Below are positions 34,055 to 42,018 of a stretch of DNA of 64,000 nt, in pieces. The stretch is from Ignavibacteriales bacterium (lineage in GTDB: Bacteria; Bacteroidota; Ignavibacteria; UBA10030; UBA8401), in NCBI GenBank assembly GCA_026390635.1, contig JAPLFO010000148.1, positions 60,080 to 124,079 on the forward strand. Reading direction: 5' to 3'. The stretch's first letter is position 1. Each line of letters opens with the position of its first letter. The notes under the pieces were generated by a model. That model saw only the letters and a list, made by a program, of their open reading frames with translations, had not been told where the DNA came from and did not search any database. A program made the translations under genes and the position numbers.

Positions 34055-35497
34055 TTGGGAAAAGAGACTCCTCACCTGACACGCGTGCTGGGATTATTTG
34101 ATCTCAGCTTTTTCCTTATCGCTGCCCTCGTCAACCTGAACAGCGTCCCCGTCGTCGCCGCCGTTGGTTCCGGCGCAATTCTTTTCTGGATCATCGGATT
34201 TCTGTTTTTCTTCATCCCTCAGGGAATTGCCGTCCTGGAACTCTCGGCACGCTATCCACAGGAAGGCGGCATCTATAATTGGAACAAAACCGCCTTTGGA
34301 GATTTTCACGGTTTTGCCTCCGGATGGTGTTACTGGACGAACAATATTTTCTACATTCCGACACTCCTTTTCTATATCGTCGGATTCATGGCATTCATCG
34401 GCGGCGAGGCCACCGCCGAAGTCGGACGGAATCCGCTCCTGATGGGACTCATCTCGCTTGCATTGCTCTGGATCATTACCGGAGTGAATATTCTCGGCTT
34501 CGGTGTGGGAAAGTGGGTGCAGACCATCGGGGCCTTTGGAACGTTTCTGACAGCGTCACTGATCCTCTTTATCGGCGTCATCGCGCTGAGAACACATGGC
34601 GCTGCAAATGCAATTTCATTTTCAACAATGATGCCGGAGTGGAGCGATTGGCGGTCCATGTCGCTATTGAGCGTCGTCTGTTTGAATTTCGTCGGGCTTG
34701 AACTGGGATCGGTGATCGGTGACGAAATCAAAAATCCGCTGCGCAATATTCCACGGGCGGCAATCGCCGCAGGCATTGTCACCGTGGCGCTCTATGTGAT
34801 GTCGACCTTTGCGATCTTATCGACAATTCCGGCAAACGAAATCGGAGTCATCGACGGGATATTGCAGGGAGTGAAACGGGCGGCAGAAAGGGTCAACCTT
34901 CTCTGGCTCGTCGCGCCGATTGCAGTACTGATGAGTTTCAACGCCGCGGGCAATACATCGGCCTGGCTGGCGGGTTCCGCGCGTATTCCGTTTGTGATAG
35001 GGCTGGATCGGTTTCTTCCTTCTGCGCTGGGAAAGATTCATCCACGGTATCACACACCCTATGTGGCGCTCGTAGTGCAGGGAATCGCTTCGAGTTTCTT
35101 CATTGTCGTCAATGCGATTGGATCCACCGTTCACGATATGTATTTAATTCTTCTGCAGAGCACGATTATTCTGCAGTTGATTCCGTATCTTTACATGTTC
35201 GCGGCACTCATCCGTATCCGCTTTTACCCCGAACAGTTTCCATCGGGACCCGGCTACTTCCAAAAATCCTGGCTCTGCTATGCAACAGGCATTGTTGGAT
35301 TTCTCAGCACATTCGGCGGTGTGGTTTTCGCACTACTTCCCTCAAACGGGGTTGCAGACACGGTCAATTTCGAGATCAAACTCCTCGTCGGCATCGGCAG
35401 TTTTGTCATCCCCGCGCTCGTTTTGTACCGGTGGAATCACCGAAAACGCGGCGTCGAGGGGATACTCCCCCAAACAGCAGAAGCGGCGACAGATTGA
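34055..35497 (+). CDS. APC family amino acid permease
   Basis: 480 aa, 12 TMs, the motif FIPQGIAVLELSARYPQEGGIYNW. Confidence 0.8.
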   Translation: MGKETPHLTRVLGLFDLSFFLIAALVNLNSVPVVAAVGSGAILFWIIGFLFFFIPQGIAVLELSARYPQEGGIYNWNKTAFGDFHGFASGWCYWTNNIFYIPTLLFYIVGFMAFIGGEATAEVGRNPLLMGLISLALLWIITGVNILGFGVGKWVQTIGAFGTFLTASLILFIGVIALRTHGAANAISFSTMMPEWSDWRSMSLLSVVCLNFVGLELGSVIGDEIKNPLRNIPRAAIAAGIVTVALYVMSTFAILSTIPANEIGVIDGILQGVKRAAERVNLLWLVAPIAVLMSFNAAGNTSAWLAGSARIPFVIGLDRFLPSALGKIHPRYHTPYVALVVQGIASSFFIVVNAIGSTVHDMYLILLQSTIILQLIPYLYMFAALIRIRFYPEQFPSGPGYFQKSWLCYATGIVGFLSTFGGVVFALLPSNGVADTVNFEIKLLVGIGSFVIPALVLYRWNHRKRGVEGILPQTAEAATD

Positions 35498-35690
35498 CTT
35501 TCCCGCTGCTCCGCTTTATTCTCGGCCAGCAGTCCCTTCTTACCCAGACAATCTCTATATCGCATGACGCCACGGTTGGCGAGCAGAGCCGAGCCACGGA
35601 CGGCAAGGCGCGCCCGGCTAACCAATGAGAATGACCTTTGCCACAGGAGACAGAGGTCTGTTCTCTTTTTGCTCTCAGGGATGTTGCCTT

Positions 35691-36125
35691 CTACTTCACC
35701 GGTTGACCAACACTCATCGAAATCCCCTTCAACACCTGATTGCTCGCGGATGTATCCGCCCCCGCGATCCAGCAATCCCTGTCGTTGAATTGATGCTCAA
35801 CTTTGAATTCCACTTTTTTCTTGTCTGCTGTGAATTTTACAATGGCGCGGTCGCGATTGTTTTCCAACACTCTGCCGTTCTTGTCTTTTGAAAAAGACCA
35901 CGCCGTTCTCAAGTATCCTTCGTCCTTCAGCACCATCTCTATGTCGAAGCGCCGTGCGATGATATAGACGATCTTTTGCCATGCATCATCATAGCTCATG
36001 CCCGCGCGCAGGATGACTCCATCCCAGCGTGCATCTGCCAGGGCGGCGAATGTATCCGGTTTTCCGCTGCTGCATCCTATCAGTATCCAGGCACTAAAGC
36101 CGCAAAACAATAGCATTCTCTTCAT
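35691..36125 (-). CDS. Hypothetical lipoprotein
   Basis: MKRMLLFCGFSAWILIGCSS lipobox; no recognised domain. Confidence 0.5.
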   Translation of the reverse strand: MKRMLLFCGFSAWILIGCSSGKPDTFAALADARWDGVILRAGMSYDDAWQKIVYIIARRFDIEMVLKDEGYLRTAWSFSKDKNGRVLENNRDRAIVKFTADKKKVEFKVEHQFNDRDCWIAGADTSASNQVLKGISMSVGQPVK

Positions 36126-36214
36126 CGTTCGTCCTTTCGATAATGATTTCTTGCCGCAATCAATCCTTTGGGGTAGTTACGTATTCATCCTGCCGCCGAA
36201 GACCCTGCGTGGCT

Positions 36215-38119
36215 CTATTCCATACCACCTGAATATTCTTTCAACGAATGAAATGTGTAACCGCGCCGCTCAAGCTCCGTCATCAGCTCATCCAATCTAT
36301 TGTACAATTTGTCTATTCTGAGCGGATGGGTGCCGAAATGAATCAGGAGAAGAAAGCCGTTCAATCCATCTCCATGATTCTTTTCAAAGGCGAGTATGCG
36401 GCGATAGAGTGTGTCGCTGGAGAGATATCGGCTGCCCATATCGGGCGTGGTATAGTCGGCATTGGAATATGTGCCTCCGGTAAAATTCACAAGTGTGAGC
36501 CCAAGTTCTTCACACCAATCAACAACTTCCCTGTTGTACCATTCATACGGCGGAAGAAAGAACGGCGAGCTTTTCATTGTAACACCAAACGGCTTCATGG
36601 CTGCGTAGTTGTCTTTGAGATCCTGCACACACTCTTCCTTTGTGACAAGCAGCGAATCCCGTTTCGCCCAATCGGCATAGAGAAGATGTTTGTCTGAGTG
36701 GCCGCCGAGATAGTGTCCGTCCTTGTGCAATCGTTCGATGAGCCATCCAAATTTCCTCTGACGGTAGAAATCACCGGTAAAGAAAAAAGACCCTTGAACG
36801 CCGTGTTTTTTCAATGTCTTTAGGATGACATCACCGCCGTCGGCGAATTCATGTCCCGTAAAGACAAGATAGATGCGTTTTTGTGTCCTGTCCAGCCGAA
36901 CGATTCCGCCATCCTCCAACGTTGCAGTGGAGAGCTGCGGCTGATTACGGTGCTTTCCAAAGAAGAACGTCAGAGATCTCCACACGCGCTGCGACCAAGC
37001 CCGTTCATTGTGCTCTGCAGCGGGATAGAATTCACTCTGGAGATCGACGCCCGGCTGATATCCCTTCGACTCAAGTAGAGAGGTCATTTCTTCGAATCCC
37101 GGTTTCAGTTGTGCATCCAGGCCAACACCGCCGTCGTCGAGATAGACGCGCATTTTCTTTTTCGGTCCGGCATAGAGACGGATTTCCTTCAGGGTCTTAT
37201 TGCTGTCAATCAGGAATGCGCTCGAGAGACATCCGGCCATGGAAAATTTTTCCGGATGCCACCACGCAAAGAGGAACGAAATCAATCCGCCCATGGAAGA
37301 TCCCATAACCGCGGTATGATCTGCATCCGGCATCGTCCGGTAGGTACTGTCGATCATCGGTTTCAAACGCCGGATGACGAAATTAACGTACGCGTGTCCT
37401 TCTTTTGTATCGGAGTACTCGGGACGGCGGCGCGGCCCGTTGTTATAGATGCCGACAATGATCGGCTCGTCGATAGCGCCCGCTTTTATCAGGCTGTCTG
37501 CAATTTCATCAACGCGCCAATCGATTTGCGTGAAAGATGTTGCCGGATCAAAAATGTTCTGGCCGTCATGCATGTAGAGCACCGGATACCGCTTCTGCAA
37601 TTTCCTGCTGTATGACGGCGGCAGCCACACGATGACGTCGCGCGGGGCAGTCAGTCCTTCGCCTTCCATAGCACGATGGTAGCGCACCGTTCCTGTAATG
37701 CCTCCGGTGGAAAGAAGTGTTCCGTCCAACCATGAGATCGGACGCAAGGTCAAGCCCGTGTCGCCCAGAACATGGATTCCGGTATTGGGCGGAATCTGTC
37801 CCTTCTGATAAATTGCCTCTGTCTTCCAACTGCCCCGGGTGATTTTGAATTCCAGATCAAAGCCGGTGGGAACTGCGAATGTCAATGACCAGAGGGAATC
37901 GTTCACACGATTCATTGTTATGCAGCTTGCGTCCCACGATGCCAATGCGTCACAATTGCCGGCAATGGTGATGATGTCGTTTTTCTTCAACGGAGCTGGC
38001 GCTATGACCGAAATGGTAACGCGCGATGTTTGTGATCGGCCAGTGGAGAGAAACGCCGGCAATACGATTGCCAAAGCGACAAGGAAACGAGGAAATGGAA
38101 GTGTCATGGCGGTAATCAT
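36215..38119 (-). CDS. Secreted multidomain carbohydrate esterase: CBM20-like starch-binding module, then an esterase (putative-esterase/enterochelin-esterase-like alpha/beta hydrolase), then a polysaccharide deacetylase (CE4-like)
   Basis: Signal peptide. The CBM-like N-terminus reads ...ITIAGNCDALASWDAS...LWSLTFAVPTGFDLEFKI. The middle domain has YPVLYMHDGQNIF...GSSMGG. The C-terminus RIYLVFTGHEFADG... is NodB-like. Confidence 0.65.
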   Translation of the reverse strand: MITAMTLPFPRFLVALAIVLPAFLSTGRSQTSRVTISVIAPAPLKKNDIITIAGNCDALASWDASCITMNRVNDSLWSLTFAVPTGFDLEFKITRGSWKTEAIYQKGQIPPNTGIHVLGDTGLTLRPISWLDGTLLSTGGITGTVRYHRAMEGEGLTAPRDVIVWLPPSYSRKLQKRYPVLYMHDGQNIFDPATSFTQIDWRVDEIADSLIKAGAIDEPIIVGIYNNGPRRRPEYSDTKEGHAYVNFVIRRLKPMIDSTYRTMPDADHTAVMGSSMGGLISFLFAWWHPEKFSMAGCLSSAFLIDSNKTLKEIRLYAGPKKKMRVYLDDGGVGLDAQLKPGFEEMTSLLESKGYQPGVDLQSEFYPAAEHNERAWSQRVWRSLTFFFGKHRNQPQLSTATLEDGGIVRLDRTQKRIYLVFTGHEFADGGDVILKTLKKHGVQGSFFFTGDFYRQRKFGWLIERLHKDGHYLGGHSDKHLLYADWAKRDSLLVTKEECVQDLKDNYAAMKPFGVTMKSSPFFLPPYEWYNREVVDWCEELGLTLVNFTGGTYSNADYTTPDMGSRYLSSDTLYRRILAFEKNHGDGLNGFLLLIHFGTHPLRIDKLYNRLDELMTELERRGYTFHSLKEYSGGME

Positions 38120-38615
38120 TTCTCAGATGTCAGAAGACTGTTTTGCCGCAGTCCAGAAGATCTCGAATGATGCCGCGGGCATCATTCGGAAGGGCACAGT
38201 CCAAAGGATCTCGAAGGATATCGTAGACATCCTTCGGAAGAAAACGTTTCCTTCTAGTGAACGTCAAGTACTTCGGCTGCACTCAGTCGAAACCCGCCGA
38301 GGCTCATGAGACAAAGCAACACCACGCACGGTCATCCGGCTTTAGTTGGCGAGCGCAGTCGAACCACGCTCGATAACCATTTGCTTTTTCCACAGCGTTC
38401 TCTGTGGCCAGACTCCAGTAGCGACTGTGGTCAATATATCTTTCTTGCCCATGATTGTCAAAGATTCGTATATTTCCCCGTCACCCCTTGTGAATGGATT
38501 TCCAAAGGAACAGACGATCAACATGCTCACCGTGATCATCCCGGCGACGTTGGTTCCCCGCATGGTCACAGCATGAAAGTGAGACGTAACTCTTCTTGCG
38601 GAAACAAGGAAAATC

Positions 38616-39903
38616 ATGATGCGAAATGGACACATTCTTCTCCTCTATTTGTTTGTCGTCGCCAGCACTGCCTCATCTCAGGAAGTGCTCATTCCATTCG
38701 ACACGCTGAAGCGCATCGACCGAATTGACGAGGGGACTTTTTCGGCTTCCCGATTCGACATATGCATGTGAAGTCTGGTACCGTGCAAACGGCCAGATTT
38801 TGAAATCAAGAACGCTTTTGTCGGCGGCGGAAGCGCAGCGCTTTCAGCAGCGCGTGGCCGAATCGCTGCGCCGGCTCGCTCCGATGGCTGGAATCGATCA
38901 AAGCGGACGGCCAACATTTCTCGGTGGTGCTTACACGCTCTCCCTCGGCCTCTACGGCTGGGGAATTCCCTATCTGCTCGGAATGGAGGGCAGTGCCGCA
39001 ATTGGAACTTACCTTCTCATCAGTGCCGGCGGCATTTTGATCGCACATTCAGCAACGGAGAGAATGGAGATTTCCGAATCAACTGCCAATCTTTCTTTCT
39101 ATGGATCGATGATGGGACTCGCACATGGCGTCATGGTCGCCATCATTGTGGGGAACAATGAAAAGATGGGCAAGGGATATGTTTCCTCTGCGATGATTTT
39201 TTCCACTCTGGAAGGAATTCTTGGATATCAGACCGGTAAGAGACTCAAGCTCTCCGGGGGCGGTGTTGAAATGCTGGGCACAATGAGCGGCGCGGGCCTT
39301 TTGTACGGATATGGCATATCGTCGCTTATGGATCAGACCAGCGCCCGGTCCATCTCGACATCGATGCTCATTGGTTCCGTTGTCGGCACAGCTGCCGGCA
39401 TGTTGATGGTGAAGGATGACTCGTACACGAACGGAGATGTCGGCGTGTTCCGCGGAGCGGCTATGCTTGGTGCATATGTGCCCATTTCCATTCTCCTTGC
39501 GGCGCATGTAGACAATTCAAAGACCTTCGTCAGCACGGCGATGATTGGAGGTCTCATTGGCGGAACTATCGGCAACTATCTTGTGAAAGGAAAGGATTTC
39601 TCAACCGCTGAAGGGACCTACATTATGTTCGGAGCTTTCGGCGGCATGTTGATCGGAGGAGGAATTCCGTTCATCGCGGGAGCGAACGGTGAAGTGGCGG
39701 CCGTGTTTAGTGCGGTCGGTTCGCTTGTCGGCTTTGTGGCAATGTATCAACGGTATGCGCCGGAAGCGGGTCAGAGAGCAACAGGCAGTTCGTTGTCATT
39801 TCAGGTGCATCCGGAGGGACTGGCTGCCATGTCGATGAGGCCGACCCTCTCTCTTCAAAATCAATGGACGACGTCGATTGTGAGTTTATCGTACCGATTC
39901 TAA
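38616..39903 (+). CDS. Hypothetical glycine-zipper-rich secreted/membrane protein; the reading frame is interrupted by one extra T in a T5 run at about 38745
   Basis: Frame 3 from ATG 38616 encodes the signal peptide MMRNGHILLLYLFVVASTASSQEVLIPFDTLKRIDRIDEGTF and stops at 38768. The long ORF (frame 1, TTG at 38725) continues RLPDSTYACEVWYRANGQ... Deleting one T from ggggactttttcgg joins the two seamlessly. Confidence 0.45.
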
Positions 39904-39930
39904 TGTATCGCGTTTCGAGCGGACAGAGGG

Positions 39931-40078
39931 TGTGAAAACTCGCGACGAAGTCATCGCGAGGAGCGAAGCGACGTGGCGATCTTTTTTTTGAATAGAAGCC
40001 AGAGTGTGCCGTTGTACGGCATCCTCTGGACTTCGGCAGAAAACGCCTCGCAATGACTAACTCCATAGTTTTCACACA
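39931..40078. repeat. MITE-like palindromic element, family B, copy 1
   Basis: Terminal inverted repeats gtgtgaaaact...agttttcacacac. The internal core tgtgccgttgtacggcatcc..tggacttcg.ca.a.aacg.ctcgcaatgac, plus gtcatcgcgagg, is shared with 61319-61455. Confidence 0.7.
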
Positions 40079-40131
40079 CTCTGAAAGCTTGGGAACGAGA
40101 AAGAATCTGCATCATCTGCGCAATCTGCCAT

Positions 40132-41379
40132 CTACACCCACCCCCGCAACTTGCATGCTTCCGCAACGCGCGCAACACCAACCACCATTGCGGCCAGTCG
40201 CGGATGGACGCGTTTCTGAACCATCGCCTGCTGTACGGAGTGGTACGCCTTCGTCAGTTTCTGATCGAGACGTTTGTGCACCAGATCTTCGTCCCAGAAG
40301 TACGAGTAACTGTCCTGCACCATTTCAAAATACGACACCGTGACGCCTCCCGCGCTTGCAAGAATATCGGGGATGACGTGCACTCCTTTGCGGAAAAGGA
40401 TCAGATCAGCCTCGGGCGTCGTGGGGCCATTGGCGAGCTCACAGACGATTTTCGCCTTGATTTTCTCGGCATTCAACTCCGAAATCGCATTTTCAAGCGC
40501 CGCCGGGTATAACACGTCCACGTCGAGCTCCAGAATTTCTTCGTGCGAAATCTGCTGCGCGCCCGGAAAACTGCGCACCGTTCCGGTTGTCAGTTTGTGT
40601 GTCACGAGATCTTTCGGATTGAATCCGTCCGGATTGTAAATGGCACCGCGCGAATCGCTGACGGCCACCAGTTTTCCCCCACCGAGAATTTCTTCATGCA
40701 GCAGCGCGGCGCGCTGTCCGGCGTTGCCGAATCCCTGAATGGCATACCGCCCGTGCGGATTCACATCGAGAATCTTACACGCCTCGCGCACGGTCGTCAC
40801 ACCGCCGCGGGCGGTCGCATCGCGCCGTCCTTCCGTACCGCCGATCTGCAACGGCTTGTCCGTAAACACACCGGGTTGATGCCGATGGACGATGGTTTCA
40901 TATTCGTCCATCATCCATGCCATTGTCTGTGGATTGGTATAGACGTCCGGCGCAGGAATGTCTTTTTCCGGGCCGATGTATTCTGCTACGGCGCGGATGT
41001 AGGCACGCGAGAGATTTTCCAGCTCGCGTTCAGAAAGTTTTTTGGGATCGCAGACAACGCCCCCCTTGCCGCCGCCAAGAGGAAGATCCACCACCGCAGT
41101 CTTCCACGTCATCCAGCTCGCAAGAGCGCGGATGATGTCCACGGTCTCGTCCGGATGAAAGCGGATACCGCCTTTGGCCGGGCCGCGCGCGAAATTGTAC
41201 TGGATCCGGTAGGCGTGAAAAATCTTCACCGATCCGTCGTCCATTTTTACCGGAAGCGTGCAGGAAAATTCCCGCTGCGGATAGCTCAGTAACTCGACCG
41301 TTGCGCGATCAAGGTTCAGCAGCTTTGCCGCTTCCGCAACCTGCTTTTGAGCGACATGAAAAGAATTATACGATTCCAT
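40132..41379 (-). CDS. Glu/Leu/Phe/Val dehydrogenase family, 415-aa glutamate dehydrogenase type
   Basis: ...[43 protein letters not shown]...; the NAD(P)-binding GFGNAG motif. Confidence 0.85.
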   Translation of the reverse strand: MESYNSFHVAQKQVAEAAKLLNLDRATVELLSYPQREFSCTLPVKMDDGSVKIFHAYRIQYNFARGPAKGGIRFHPDETVDIIRALASWMTWKTAVVDLPLGGGKGGVVCDPKKLSERELENLSRAYIRAVAEYIGPEKDIPAPDVYTNPQTMAWMMDEYETIVHRHQPGVFTDKPLQIGGTEGRRDATARGGVTTVREACKILDVNPHGRYAIQGFGNAGQRAALLHEEILGGGKLVAVSDSRGAIYNPDGFNPKDLVTHKLTTGTVRSFPGAQQISHEEILELDVDVLYPAALENAISELNAEKIKAKIVCELANGPTTPEADLILFRKGVHVIPDILASAGGVTVSYFEMVQDSYSYFWDEDLVHKRLDQKLTKAYHSVQQAMVQKRVHPRLAAMVVGVARVAEACKLRGWV

Positions 41380-41423
41380 AGTCTTTGCCTTTTTGATCGC
41401 TGATTACTCAGATTTATGGATTG

Positions 41424-41588
41424 AGACGTCTGAAAAACCATCGCGGATTGTCATTCTGAGTCGCGCAGCGACGGAGAATCCATCGTTGTGATCTGAAAAC
41501 AACAAATGGATTCTTCGCGGAGCTTGTGCTGAGCGGAGCCGAAGCGCTCAGAATGACCGGCATCCAGGAGTTTTTCAGAAGTCTCGGA
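41424..41588 (-). repeat. MITE-like palindromic element, family A, copy 2 (inverted relative to copy 1)
   Basis: Its reverse complement matches 31520-31683 with 3-4 mismatches over about 165 bp. Confidence 0.8.
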
Positions 41589-41687
41589 TTACACAGCGTA
41601 TTGGTATTTATGTCTTCATCTTCGTAATCTGCGATCCATTTATTTGGCTGCAGTGCTGTTCCATTAAGTTGAATTATGAATTCTCTG

Positions 41688-41783
41688 CCCGCTTCGCCGA
41701 GCTCAGCGAGGCGAGTGCTCTCTTCTTTTTCTCTGTGCGTCACCCCGAGCGAGTGAAGCGAGTCGAGGGGCTCTGTGGCATAT
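41688..41783 (-). repeat. Intergenic repeat, family C, copy 1 (about 95 bp)
   Basis: Its reverse complement is about 95% identical to 46596-46688 (gccacagagcccctcgactcgcttc.ctcg.tcggggtgacgcacagagaaa...agagagcactcgcctcgctgagctcggcgaagcgg). Confidence 0.75.
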
Positions 41784-41805
41784 CTCTTACTTTCCATTTT
41801 ACGAT

Positions 41806-42018
41806 TCACTTGTTTTCTTGCGGTGGTAGTTGGTCGTCATGCGTGGACCGTCCCGGCGTTTCATCGCGTACATCCAGAATGATACGGTACCAGCAGTTCT
41901 TGCACATCAGCGCTTTGTCGACACTCAGCAGCACCTGTTCCCAGCGGCTCAGCTTATGCCCGCAGTGCGGACATGCTTCGTGCGATTTCTGCTTGTGAGG
42001 GGATTCACCGTTGCTCAC
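41806..42018 (-). CDS. Small zinc-ribbon protein (70 aa), speculative
   Basis: CPHCGHKLSRWEQVLLSVDKALMCKNC gives CxxC...CxxC. It overlaps the 3' end of the disrupted PPDK_N gene by 14 nt. Length and overlap make it weak. Confidence 0.3.
   Translation of the reverse strand: MSNGESPHKQKSHEACPHCGHKLSRWEQVLLSVDKALMCKNCWYRIILDVRDETPGRSTHDDQLPPQENK

Noticed and set aside
38330-38420. tRNA-like T-arm (gagcgtGGTTCGActgcgctc on the minus strand)
   Set aside because: The flanks cannot form an acceptor stem; there is no complementary 7-bp 5' segment, no D- or anticodon arms, and no discriminator/CCA context. It is a chance GTTCGA match.
38119-38615. About 500-bp apparently gene-free interval with several short ORFs (for example 38342-38635 minus, 97 aa)
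   Set aside because: No ORF has recognisable motifs or a plausible start context. Possibly a degraded gene or regulatory region. Nothing could be supported.
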